DNA of 64,000 nt from Candidatus Dormiibacterota bacterium (lineage in GTDB: Bacteria > Chloroflexota > Dormibacteria > Aeolococcales > Aeolococcaceae). Shown here one piece after another: positions 45,931 to 54,759 of this stretch. The position numbers were made by a program, and so were the translations under genes. Under the pieces are notes generated by a model, which did not search any database, was not told the origin of the DNA, and worked only from the letters and a program-made list of their open reading frames with translations. The stretch is from contig DASRDZ010000010.1 in the NCBI GenBank assembly GCA_035652335.1, positions 39,594-103,593 on the forward strand, written 5' to 3'. The first letter of the stretch is position 1, and each line of letters opens with the position of its first letter.

Positions 45931-46000
45931 GCCGTGGTCTCCTTGCCTGCCCGCGGGGGGCCGTCTCGCCAATTGGTAAGAATTATGAACCATTAGCGGC
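45931..46000. promoter_or_regulatory. AT-rich promoter region upstream of PhyH paralog 4 (minus strand)
   Basis: Minus-strand read: GGTTCATAATTCTTACCAATT. CATAAT is a -10 candidate about 50 nt upstream of the GTG at 45930. Confidence 0.35.
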
Positions 46001-46141
46001 GCTGGAGGAAGGTGCAGCCGGCGAGGGGCCTGCGGCAGGCTCGCACCCAGCGCGGGAAGGGAGCGCGCGGCGGCGTCCCCCGGCGGGCCCGTCCGTGCTC
46101 GCCGAGGTCGGCCGGCGCGAGACGACGCTGCGGTCATTGCG

Positions 46142-46170
46142 TTGACACCTAACGGAGGCGCCCCTACACT
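46142..46170 (+). promoter_or_regulatory. Sigma70/SigA-like promoter TTGACA-17nt-TACACT for the membrane-protein/bluB transcription unit
   Basis: TTGACA at 46142-46147, an exactly 17-nt spacer, and TACACT at 46165-46170. The predicted TSS near 46177 is 6-18 nt upstream of the candidate starts. This is the best canonical -35/-10 pair in the window. Confidence 0.5.
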
Positions 46171-46194
46171 CCCGCGACGGGGGTGACACACACA

Positions 46195-47940
46195 ATGCCG
46201 TCGCGGGTGGGCAGCATCAGGGGCAGGTGGCGCCTGCGCGGTCTCGGCGTTCTCGCCGGTGCGGTGCTCGCGATCCTGCTCGGCGTGCAGGGCGCGGTGA
46301 CGGCGCTCGCCGACTGCGGCAACCTCCACGCGGCGGCGATCCAGGGCAGCTGGCAGATCCGCGTCACCTTCGACGGGTTCACCGGGTCGGCCGCGCCCGG
46401 GGTCGCGCGCCAGCCGGGGAACGTCGCCGTCGACGACGTCACCTTCCAGCCGGGCTGCGCGTCGAACGGCACCTGCGGCGTGCAGATGCAGGGCACGCAG
46501 GGATCGCTGAGCTTCTTCAGCAACACCAGCGGCCTGGAGGGCCCGGATCCCGACCACCCGCTGGTCGAGCAGGCCGACGGCACCTGGACCACCCAGTTCC
46601 GGCCGGGTGGCATCGGCGGCCGCAACCTGCCCCCCTGCTCGCCGCCGCCGCTGACGCGCACCCTCGTCCTCGCGGTGCAGCAGGCGGTCCCCTCGTCGTC
46701 GGCGAGCACGGGATGGAACGCCGTGGTGATGACCGGCACCGAGACGATCGTCTCCTACTGGACGTGCAACGGCAGCACCGGCGTGCCCTCGTCGGTCGAG
46801 AACTACACGCTGCTGGCGGTCCCCGCCGGCGCGCCGTTCCCCGCGTCGTCGCGGCTCGCCTGCGGCACGACGCTGAGCGCACCGGCCGCGCCCGCGGTGA
46901 CCGTCACGGGGTCGGGCGCCGTGGCCCAGTCGTCGTTCAGCAGCGCGCTGGCGACGCCGTCACAGAGCTTCGGCTCGGCGGGCACCACCATCGTCAACCT
47001 GGTGGTGACCATCGGGCTGGTGCTGTTCATCACCTTCCCCGCCCAGCTCTTCAACCGCACGCTGGAGGAGAACTACGACGACATCCGCGACATCCTCAGC
47101 CGGCGCTTCGGCTGGGTGCGGCGGATGCGCCGCGAGGTGGCCGCGGAGTCCACCCGCGAGACGCGGCTCGGCGTCTTCGCGGCCGTGGTGCTGGGCGGCG
47201 CGCTGCTGGGGTCGCTCAACGACCCGGGCTTCGGCTTCAACGCCAGCTCGGTGCTCACCTATCTCGGCGTGGTCGCCTCGATGCTGACCGGGCTGACGGC
47301 GGGCACCATGGCGGCGAAGCTCTACCGCCGCGCGCGCGGCGAGGACGCCAGCGGCAGGCTGCACGCACTGCCCGCCGGGCTGCTCGTCGCCGGCGCCTGC
47401 GTGCTGCTCTCGCGCTCGACGCACTTCACCCCTGGCTACCTGTACGGCGTGATCTTCGGCGTCGCCTTCACCGCCAAGCTGAGCCGCTCGCGCGAGGGGG
47501 CCGGCATCGTCGTGGGCACGGCGACGACGCTGGCGCTGGCGGTGCTGGCCTGGATCCTCTGGGTGCCGGTGCACGACCGCAGCGGCGGAGTTTCTGCCAA
47601 CGCCGGCCTCATCCTGGTGGCCGACTTCCTCGCCCCGCTGGTGGTCGGCGGTTTCGTGGGCAGCGTCATCGGGCTGTTCCCGCTGCGCTTCCTCTCCGGG
47701 GGCACGCTCTTCGGCTGGGATCGGCGCGTCTGGGCGGCGACCTTCGGCGTGGCGCTCTTCGGCCTGGTCCAGGTGCTGCTCCACCCCGGCGCCTCTCCGG
47801 CGCACAGCGGCAACGCGCCGATGGTCACCGCCATCGTGCTGTTCCTCTGCTTCGGCCTTCTCTCGCTGGGCTTCAACGCGTACTTCGAGCGGCGCAAGAA
47901 GCGGCGGCAGGCGGCCGCGGTCACAGCGGGTCACGCGTAG
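46195..47940 (+). CDS. Membrane protein: signal peptide, Cys-containing extracytoplasmic domain of about 270 aa, and a C-terminal polytopic (about 6 TM) domain; function unknown
   Basis: ATG at 46195 (or GTG at 46183) is downstream of a TTGACA-17-TACACT promoter. Signal: MPSRVGSIRGRWRLRGLGVLAGAVLAILLG. Hydrophobic helices run from about aa 280 onwards. The overlapping Arg-rich ORF 46227..48293 is rejected. Confidence 0.55.
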   Translation: MPSRVGSIRGRWRLRGLGVLAGAVLAILLGVQGAVTALADCGNLHAAAIQGSWQIRVTFDGFTGSAAPGVARQPGNVAVDDVTFQPGCASNGTCGVQMQGTQGSLSFFSNTSGLEGPDPDHPLVEQADGTWTTQFRPGGIGGRNLPPCSPPPLTRTLVLAVQQAVPSSSASTGWNAVVMTGTETIVSYWTCNGSTGVPSSVENYTLLAVPAGAPFPASSRLACGTTLSAPAAPAVTVTGSGAVAQSSFSSALATPSQSFGSAGTTIVNLVVTIGLVLFITFPAQLFNRTLEENYDDIRDILSRRFGWVRRMRREVAAESTRETRLGVFAAVVLGGALLGSLNDPGFGFNASSVLTYLGVVASMLTGLTAGTMAAKLYRRARGEDASGRLHALPAGLLVAGACVLLSRSTHFTPGYLYGVIFGVAFTAKLSRSREGAGIVVGTATTLALAVLAWILWVPVHDRSGGVSANAGLILVADFLAPLVVGGFVGSVIGLFPLRFLSGGTLFGWDRRVWAATFGVALFGLVQVLLHPGASPAHSGNAPMVTAIVLFLCFGLLSLGFNAYFERRKKRRQAAAVTAGHA

Positions 47941-47971
47941 GCGCGGCACGGCGGCCTACACTGTGCGGCCC

Positions 47972-48706
47972 ATGGCATCCACGGCCCCGAACCACGCCGC
48001 CGCCGCACGTCGGTTCGCCTTTCCCGCCGAGGAGCGCGACGCCGTGTACCGCGCCATCCACCAGCGGCGCGACGTGCGCCTGTTCCGCGACGACCCCGTC
48101 GACGACGCGCTGCTCGCCCGCCTGCTCGCCGCGGGGCACCACGCACCCTCGGTGGGCTTCATGCAGCCGTGGAGCTTCATGGTCATCCGCTCCGCCGAGA
48201 CACGGGCGCGCGTCAAGGAGCTCTACCTGCGCGAGCGGCAGAGCGCCGCCTGCTTCTTCGACGAGCCGCGCCGCTCCCAGTACCTGGCCATGAAGCTGGA
48301 GGGGATCTGCGAAGCGCCGGTCAACCTCTGCGTCACCTGCGATCCCACGCGTGGTGGCACCCAGGTGCTCGGCCGCAACAGCCAGCCGGAGACCGACGTC
48401 TACAGCACCTGCCTGGCGGTGCAGAACATCTGGCTCGCCGCCCGTGCCGAGGGCCTCGGCGCCGGGTGGGTCAGCATCCTCAAGACGGGCGAGCTGCGCG
48501 AGATCCTCGGCATCCCGCCGCACATCGTCCCGGTGGCGTATCTGTGCATCGGCTGGCCGGTCGACCTTCCGCCGCGGCCGATGCTGCAGGAGGTCGGCTG
48601 GAGAGATCGCATGCCGTTGCGCGACGTCATCCGCGGGGAGCGCTTCGACGCGGCCCCGCCGCTCGGCGACGACGTGATCGGGGCGGCGGAGGGGGCTGCG
48701 GGCTAG
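47972..48706 (+). CDS. bluB: 5,6-dimethylbenzimidazole synthase BluB (nitroreductase-fold flavin destructase)
   Basis: IHQRRDVRLFRDDPVDDALLARLLAAGHHAPSVGFMQPWSFMVIR matches the BluB-specific RRDVR and SVGFMQPW signatures rather than generic nitroreductase. Confidence 0.8.
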   Translation: MASTAPNHAAAARRFAFPAEERDAVYRAIHQRRDVRLFRDDPVDDALLARLLAAGHHAPSVGFMQPWSFMVIRSAETRARVKELYLRERQSAACFFDEPRRSQYLAMKLEGICEAPVNLCVTCDPTRGGTQVLGRNSQPETDVYSTCLAVQNIWLAARAEGLGAGWVSILKTGELREILGIPPHIVPVAYLCIGWPVDLPPRPMLQEVGWRDRMPLRDVIRGERFDAAPPLGDDVIGAAEGAAG

Positions 48707-48976
48707 CGCTGCTCGCATGGCGCCGTGGGCCCTGTGCCCACGCGAGGGCAAACCCGGTCGTGCCCTGAGCCTCTTGACATCGGCGCGGCAGGGCGTGAGA
48801 CTTCACGGTGGCTCTGATGCGTGCGACGTTCCCGCCGCATCGGACGGCTAGGGGCCTCGCGGACGTGTGAGGTCGTGACCGGGTCGGGTGCCCACCGGAC
48901 GGAGACGTCAGGCAGGCACCCGGCGCTGTTTAACGGGCCGCAAGGCCGTCCGTCGATCCTCTGACCGATCGGTACG

Positions 48977-51448
48977 GTGGCGGACACAAGCCGTTCGCCG
49001 GACCGGTTGCACGTCGCCCGGTGCTACGGTGATGTGGCCATCCGCATCGCCTTCACCTCGTCGAGCATCCCGCGTCGCTGCGGCATCGCCACGTTCACGG
49101 CGGACCTGATGGCCGCCATCAGGACCGCGGCGCCGGACACCCGGTGCAGCGTCGCGGCCATCGACGAGGCCAACGTGGTGCGGCCCTACGGACCTGAGGT
49201 GCGCTGGCGCATCCGGCAGGGCGAGCCCGAGAGCTACCGCACGGCGGCGCTCGCCATCAACGCGTCCAACGCCGACGTCGTCAACGTGCAGCACGAGTTC
49301 GGCCTCTACGGCACGTGGCGCGAGCCCGGCTACCGTGACGGTCGCTGGGTGGAGACCGGCTACGAGGACCACCTTCGCGAGTTCCTCGACACCATCCGAA
49401 AGCCGGTGATCACCACCCTGCACACCGTGCTTCCCGACCCGCCACGATCGGTGCGCGACGCGGTCCGCTCCATCGCCGAGCGCAGCGACGAGGTCGTCGT
49501 CATGGCGAGCACCGCCATCGACGTCCTCGCCGCCGACTACGGGGTCACCCATGCGCCGGTGGTCATCCCTCACGGCATGCCGGCGATCGAGCCGCACGGT
49601 CGCGTGCGACTCAAGGCCAAGCTCGGCGTCGAGGGACGCACCATCATCTCGACGTTCGGCCTGGTCGATCCTCGCAAGGGGTTGGAGTACATGGTCGAGG
49701 CGATGCCCGCGGTGGTGACGCGCCATCCGCGAGCGCTGTACCTGATCGCCGGGCAGACCCATCCCGAGCTGCTCAGGGCGCAGGGCGAGGCGTATCGCAA
49801 CGGCCTGGTCGACGACGTGCGCCGGCTCGGCATGCAGAGCCACGTCGCCTTCATCGACCAGTACATGTCGCAGCGCGACATCGTCGAGCTCCTGCTGGCC
49901 AGCGACGTGTACGTGACGCCGTACCTCGACCCCAACCAGATCACCAGCGGGACTCTCTCGTACGCGCTGGGGGCCGGCAAGGCGGTGGTGTCGACGCCCT
50001 ACCTGCACGCGGCCGAGGCGCTCGCGGACGGCCGCGGCCTGCTCGTCCCGTTCCGCGACGGCGATGCACTGGCGATCGCCGTGCTGTCGATCCTCGACGA
50101 TCCCCGACGCAAGGAGACCCTGGAGCGCGGCGCCTACGCGTACGCGAAGGATTCGGCGTGGCCGCGCGCCGCGGCGCGATTCGTCGAGCTGGCGCACGCC
50201 GTCGACAGTGCGCGGCGGGTGCGACATGCCGAGCGGCGCGCCGCTTCCCGCCACGCGGAGGCCGGCCTGGGGCAGCGCGTTGCGGGCAACCCGATCATCA
50301 CGCCCGCCGACGTCCCACCCTCGCGCCCCGGGCTCGAGGTCGTCTCGGTGTTCAACGCGGCCGCGGCGCGGGTGGACGGCGAGGTCATCCTGCTGCTGCG
50401 CGTCGGTGAGCGCCCGCGCACCGACGTCGATCCCCCCGAGGGCTCGATGACGTTCGACCTGAACGGTCCCGAGCCCCGCCTCTCGCCGCTGGCCCCAGGC
50501 ATCCCTCGTGACCAGCTCGTCGGCGTCGCCTTCCTGGACACGACGCCGCAGCCGCCGCAGGTCGTCGACGTGTACCTGCCAAGGGACATGCCGGGGCTCG
50601 ACCTCAGCGACTCACGGACCATCCGCTACCGCGGGTCGACGGGCGGCTTCACGGCCGCGGCCGACGACGTCACCGACCTCCTCACCCAGATGTCCCACCT
50701 GCGCGTGGCGCGCAGCGCCGACGGCGAGCACTTCCACGTCGACGACGCTCCCGCGCTCGCACCGGTGGACCGTCTCGAGGAGTACGGCTGCGAGGATCCG
50801 CGCGCCACCTGGCTCGACGGTGCGTGGGAGATCACCTACGTCTCGGTCAGCCGGCTCGGCATCACCACCAGCCGCGCCACCACCACCGACTTCCGCGCGT
50901 TCGAGCGCAGGGGGGTGATGTTCCTGCCCGACCACAAGGACGTGGTGCTCTTCCCCGAGCGCATCGGTGGGCGGTACGTGGCGCTCACGCGCCCGATGCC
51001 GCAATCGTTCGGGCGCGTGCTCGGCATCTGGATCGCCTTCTCCGACGACCTGCAGCAGTGGGGCGATCACCGGCCGCTGGCGCTGCCGCGCTGGGGAACG
51101 TGGGACGAGCTGCGCACCGGGGCGGGCACCGTTCCCTTCCGCGTCGCCGAGGGCTGGCTGGAGCTCTACCACGGCGTCGACCGCGATCAGCGCTACGCGA
51201 TGGGTGCGCTGCTCCTCGACGCGGACGATCCCACGCGCGTGCTTGCCCGATCGCGCCGCCCCGTCCTGGTGCCCAGCGAGCCCTTCGAGCGGGTGGGCGT
51301 CTTCGGCAACGTCGTCTTCTCCTGCGGGCACGTGCCCCTCGACGACGACGGTGCGCGCATCCGCCTCTACTACGGCGCCGCGGACACCTGCCTGGGAGCC
51401 GCCGACTTCGCGGTCCGCGACATCGTGGACGACCTCGAGCCATGCTGA
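48977..51448 (+). CDS. Bifunctional fusion: N-terminal GT4-family glycosyltransferase (about aa 1-410) plus C-terminal GH130-family glycoside phosphorylase/hydrolase (about aa 440-823)
   Basis: One uninterrupted 823-codon frame. The GT4 part carries the GT-B EX7E region (GRTIISTFGLVDPRKG ... YVTPY ... E). The GH130 part has GNPIITPADVPP...SVFNAAAARVDGEVILLLRVGERP, GCEDPRATW, YHGVDRD and YYGAADTC motifs. Several start codons are possible (GTG 48977 or GTG 49034). Confidence 0.8.
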   Translation: MADTSRSPDRLHVARCYGDVAIRIAFTSSSIPRRCGIATFTADLMAAIRTAAPDTRCSVAAIDEANVVRPYGPEVRWRIRQGEPESYRTAALAINASNADVVNVQHEFGLYGTWREPGYRDGRWVETGYEDHLREFLDTIRKPVITTLHTVLPDPPRSVRDAVRSIAERSDEVVVMASTAIDVLAADYGVTHAPVVIPHGMPAIEPHGRVRLKAKLGVEGRTIISTFGLVDPRKGLEYMVEAMPAVVTRHPRALYLIAGQTHPELLRAQGEAYRNGLVDDVRRLGMQSHVAFIDQYMSQRDIVELLLASDVYVTPYLDPNQITSGTLSYALGAGKAVVSTPYLHAAEALADGRGLLVPFRDGDALAIAVLSILDDPRRKETLERGAYAYAKDSAWPRAAARFVELAHAVDSARRVRHAERRAASRHAEAGLGQRVAGNPIITPADVPPSRPGLEVVSVFNAAAARVDGEVILLLRVGERPRTDVDPPEGSMTFDLNGPEPRLSPLAPGIPRDQLVGVAFLDTTPQPPQVVDVYLPRDMPGLDLSDSRTIRYRGSTGGFTAAADDVTDLLTQMSHLRVARSADGEHFHVDDAPALAPVDRLEEYGCEDPRATWLDGAWEITYVSVSRLGITTSRATTTDFRAFERRGVMFLPDHKDVVLFPERIGGRYVALTRPMPQSFGRVLGIWIAFSDDLQQWGDHRPLALPRWGTWDELRTGAGTVPFRVAEGWLELYHGVDRDQRYAMGALLLDADDPTRVLARSRRPVLVPSEPFERVGVFGNVVFSCGHVPLDDDGARIRLYYGAADTCLGAADFAVRDIVDDLEPC

Positions 51449-52539
51449 GGCAGCTCGCCCGCCTCACCCGCGCCGTGCCGGCGGCAGGGCCCGCCGCCGT
51501 CGCACTCGCGGTGTACGCCGATGCCGACGATGCGCTGGTCCCCGCGCGAGAATCGGGAGTCGAAGGCGTCGCCTGCGTCGACGACGCCGCCCGCGCGATC
51601 CTGCTGCTCTGCGCTGTGTGGGAGGACACCCGGCTGCCCTGGGTGCGCACGTGGTGCGAGGGGCTCCTCGACTTCCTGGCCTGGATGCAGAACCCGGACG
51701 GGCAGTGGGTGAACTTCGTCAGCGACTGGGACGGGACGCGCAACCGCGGAGGCAGCAGCTCCGTCGCCGGCGGCGCCTTCTGGCAGGCGCGTGCGCTCCA
51801 GGCCGCGGCGCGCGCGGCCATCGTCCTGGATGACGCGCGCGCCGATGCGATGCTGGACCGGGGCATCGTCTGGATGCGCGCGCCCGCGACGCCGGACGTG
51901 CGCGCCCTGCACGTCATGACCGCGGTGGACCTGTTGCGAGCGGGCCGGTTCCCGCGGTTGCGCGACCACCTCACCGGTTGGATCGACCAGATGCTGACCT
52001 GCACGCGTGACGGGATGCTGATGAACGCGCCGAACGAGACCGGCTCTCCCCACCTGTGGGGGCACGTCGAGGAGGCTGCGCTGGCCGACGGCGGCGCGCT
52101 GCTCGGCCGCGACGGCGTGGTCGACGTCGCCCGGCGCAGTGGAGAGCTGCTCTTCCGCGACGTCATCGGCGCCGGCTTCGACCTGCCTCACGTGCAACCG
52201 TACGACGTGGCCTCGGCGATCCTGGTCATGGACCGCCTCCATGCCGTCACCGGCGCGGCGGAGTACGCCGCGCTCGCCCAGACCGCCCGCCGGTGGTTCG
52301 ACGGGCGCAACCCGGCTCGCCGTCCGGTCTACGACACGAGCAGGGGGCGTGTCGCCGACGGCATCGACCAGGGACGGCTCAGCCGCAACTCCGGGGCCGA
52401 GTCCAACATCGTCGGCGCGCACGCGCTCCTGGATCGCACCGTGGAGCAGGCGCGGCGGCTCGGCGCCAATGCGGCGCTTCCCTGGCGAGATGCCGCGATG
52501 CCGCGCCGGGCCGTCGACGCCGCGCGGCCGGAGGCCTGA
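51442..52539 (+). CDS. Hypothetical protein, possible (alpha/alpha)6-barrel glycosidase/epimerase-like fold, translationally coupled to the GT4-GH130 gene
   Basis: ATG at 51442 overlaps the upstream stop (ATGCTGA). 365 aa and non-repetitive (ACVDDAARAILLLCAVWEDTRLPWVRTWCEGLLDFLAWMQNPDGQW). The track ORF 50824..52539 upstream of 51442 is a frame artefact overlapping the fusion gene. Confidence 0.5.
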   Translation: MLRQLARLTRAVPAAGPAAVALAVYADADDALVPARESGVEGVACVDDAARAILLLCAVWEDTRLPWVRTWCEGLLDFLAWMQNPDGQWVNFVSDWDGTRNRGGSSSVAGGAFWQARALQAAARAAIVLDDARADAMLDRGIVWMRAPATPDVRALHVMTAVDLLRAGRFPRLRDHLTGWIDQMLTCTRDGMLMNAPNETGSPHLWGHVEEAALADGGALLGRDGVVDVARRSGELLFRDVIGAGFDLPHVQPYDVASAILVMDRLHAVTGAAEYAALAQTARRWFDGRNPARRPVYDTSRGRVADGIDQGRLSRNSGAESNIVGAHALLDRTVEQARRLGANAALPWRDAAMPRRAVDAARPEA

Positions 52540-52723
52540 CGGCACCGGGATCCGACGCCCGCCACGCCGGACCCACTCGTCAGCGCCTGCCGCGATCGGC
52601 GCAACCTGCCCCGCCGCCGACTCGCCGCAGCCTCGACGGTCGACGATCGTATGCGGCGGGAAGCACGGCGGTCGGTCCGCCGCCGTACGAACAATGCAAC
52701 GCCTTGCGGTGTGCGGTGGACGG

Positions 52724-53458
52724 CTACGTCGCGGAATCCCGGTCGGGTTGCGCGATCGCGTCGTCGAGCTCGCGCTTGATGACGCTGTAGCACTCGCACG
52801 CGACGCCTTCCAGGCCCGGCCGGTCGATGATCGACACGTGGCCGCGGTGGTAGCGGATCAGGCCGGCGGCCTGGAGGATGCCGGCAGAGAGCGTCACCGT
52901 CGCCCGGCGGGAGCCCAGCATCTGGCCGAGGAACTCGTGGGTGATGGCGAACTCGTCGACGCCGACGCGGTCGTGGCTCATCAGGAGCCAGCGGCTGAGA
53001 CGTTCCTCGTTGGAGTGGAGCCGGTTGCACGCCGCCGCCTGGGCGATCTGGCCGAACAGCGCGCTGGTGTACCGCTGCACCACCTCGTAGAGCGCGCCGC
53101 GCCGCTCCATCTCGCCGAGGAACGGCGACGCCTCCATGCGCAGCGCCCGTCCCGGCACCTGCGAGATGGCGCGCACCGCCAGCGACCCGCCGGGGACCAG
53201 CGGGACGCCGACCACGCCCTCGTTGCCCACCGTGGCCACCTCGACGATGGCGCCGTCCTCGAGCGGCGTCACCAGCGAGACGACCCCGTCGAGCGGGAAG
53301 TGCACGGCGTCGATGCGCTCGCCCGGCTCGAAGAGGACGGTCTTGATCTCCAGCGAGACCGGAGTCAGCAGGGATGCCAGGCGTTGCGCCTCGGCCGCGG
53401 GGACCGCTGCGAGAACGTGGTTCCGGTTCTGATGGTTGTCTGGGTTGGCTGGTCCCAT
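52724..53458 (-). CDS. Crp/Fnr-family transcriptional regulator
   Basis: cNMP-binding beta-barrel (IVEVATVGNEGVVG) and a C-terminal HTH (EFLGQMLGSRRATVTLSAGILQAAGLI). Confidence 0.8.
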   Translation of the reverse strand: MGPANPDNHQNRNHVLAAVPAAEAQRLASLLTPVSLEIKTVLFEPGERIDAVHFPLDGVVSLVTPLEDGAIVEVATVGNEGVVGVPLVPGGSLAVRAISQVPGRALRMEASPFLGEMERRGALYEVVQRYTSALFGQIAQAAACNRLHSNEERLSRWLLMSHDRVGVDEFAITHEFLGQMLGSRRATVTLSAGILQAAGLIRYHRGHVSIIDRPGLEGVACECYSVIKRELDDAIAQPDRDSAT

Positions 53459-53513
53459 GCGCGAGCCTCTATTGGATTCTGGCCGGTGATGCGGTGCGCC
53501 GTGCCGGCGGCTG

Positions 53514-53600
53514 CGGAGCGAGAGGGATTCGAACCCCCGAGGGCTTGTCGGCCCTTGTGGTTTTCAAGACCACTCCGATCAACCACTCCGGCATCGCTCC
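53514..53600 (-). tRNA. tRNA-Ser (anticodon TGA), class II with long variable arm
   Basis: Minus-strand read: GGAGCGA-TG-CCGGAGTGGTTGATCGG-A-GTGGT-CTTGAAA-ACCAC-A-AGGGCCGACAAGCCCTC-GGGGGTTCGAATCCCTC-TCGCTCC-G. A 7-bp acceptor, the GTTCGAATC T-loop, anticodon loop CT-TGA-AA and a long variable arm identify it as Ser. CCA is not encoded. Confidence 0.85.
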
Positions 53601-53641
53601 GCCGCGCAGTGTACCTCCGCCGCGACGGGCCGGCGGGGCGC

Positions 53642-54682
53642 TCAGTTCGGCGCCGGCGCGCCGACATCGCCGTCCTGCGGCCGGAAGTGGACCAGCGCGA
53701 GCGCCGCCGGCACGGCGATCGATCCCAGCCCGCGCGAGACGGCGACGTCGCGCATCTCCCAGCGCGGCGCGAACTTGTCCTTGAACCGCGCCAGGGAGCG
53801 GTAGTCGTACCCGAACGTGCCGTGGCGGAACAGCCAGTGCCGCAGCGAGCGCGCCAGCCGTCCGTCGGGCGCGTCGCCGTCATGCGTCGAGTCGCGGAAG
53901 GGCGCGACTCCGAGCGACGCCACGCGCAGGCCGCGGGCGCGCGCCGCGTCGAGCGCCGCCGCGATGCACAGGTCCATCGCCCCCGCGGGTGCGACGGGTG
54001 AGCGCCGGAACATGTCGAGCGCGATGCCGTGCCCACCGAGGCGCAGCCACGTGGTGAACGCCTGCGCGCGCCCGTCCGCACCGCGGACGACGCTGACCGT
54101 CGCGTCCGCGTCGAGGATCTCCCCGAAGCGCCCCACCGAGAATCCCAGCTCGCGCCAGGGCCGCCGCGCCAGCCAGGCGTCCGACACCCCGCGCAGCTCC
54201 TCCCACGTCGCGCCGTCGACGTCGTCCGCCCGCAGCACCGACGCCGACATCCCGGCGCGGCGGGCCCGCGACAGCTCGTGCCGCAGATTGGCGCGCCGCG
54301 GCGACGACGGGCAGAACGACTCCAGGTCGACCACCGCCTCCTCGCCGAATGCGTACACCCGCAATCCTGCGGCACGGTACGCCGGTCGCAGCGACGGATG
54401 CGTCTGCATGAAGCACACCGGCAGGCGCGCCGTGCGGCAGATGGCGACGAACTCGTCGACGGCGCGCCGCTGCAGCTCGGGCGCCACCAGCGGATCGCCC
54501 GCCGCGACGACCACCCCCGCGGCGACCCGGAACCCGACGACGGCACCGCAGTGCAGCCGCAGCTGCTGCTTGTCCCGCGAGCCTGCCAGGCAGCTCAGCT
54601 GCGATGCGGCGTGGCGCCGGCGGGCCGCCTCGACCTCGGCTGCGTCCGCCCGCAGCAGCTCCAGGGCTGCCGTCCTTCCCAT
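53642..54682 (-). CDS. Standalone MprF C-terminal-domain-like protein (DUF2156 / LPG-synthase C-domain; aminoacyl-tRNA-dependent aminoacyl transferase, VlmA-like), no membrane flippase domain
   Basis: Real start is the ATG at 54682 (MGRTAALELLRADAAEV...), 346 aa. The roughly 800 upstream codons of the track ORF 53642..57076 are an Arg-rich artefact on the opposite strand to the TPR gene. It resembles the soluble C-terminal synthase domain of MprF/LysX (...YAFGEEAVVDL...FSVGRFGE...DYRSLARFKDKFAPRWEMRDVAV). Confidence 0.75.
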   Translation of the reverse strand: MGRTAALELLRADAAEVEAARRRHAASQLSCLAGSRDKQQLRLHCGAVVGFRVAAGVVVAAGDPLVAPELQRRAVDEFVAICRTARLPVCFMQTHPSLRPAYRAAGLRVYAFGEEAVVDLESFCPSSPRRANLRHELSRARRAGMSASVLRADDVDGATWEELRGVSDAWLARRPWRELGFSVGRFGEILDADATVSVVRGADGRAQAFTTWLRLGGHGIALDMFRRSPVAPAGAMDLCIAAALDAARARGLRVASLGVAPFRDSTHDGDAPDGRLARSLRHWLFRHGTFGYDYRSLARFKDKFAPRWEMRDVAVSRGLGSIAVPAALALVHFRPQDGDVGAPAPN

Positions 54683-54740
54683 GGCGCCGAAGCCTACCCT
54701 CCCGGGACCGCCGAGGGCGGTCGCGGGACGGTGCCCTGGG

Positions 54741-54746
54741 TATACT
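54741..54746 (+). promoter_or_regulatory. TATACT -10 hexamer of the tRNA-Ser(GCT) promoter
   Basis: GGGTATACTCGAC; the hexamer ends 13 nt before tRNA position +1. Confidence 0.35.
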
Positions 54747-54759
54747 CGACACCCTCCGC

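Noticed and set aside
45991-45993. ATG at 45993 (MVHNSYQ...) as the start of PhyH paralog 4
   Set aside because: It sits inside the AT-rich promoter patch with no RBS. The in-frame GTG at 45930 has AAGGAG 8 nt upstream and matches the N-termini of the other paralogs.
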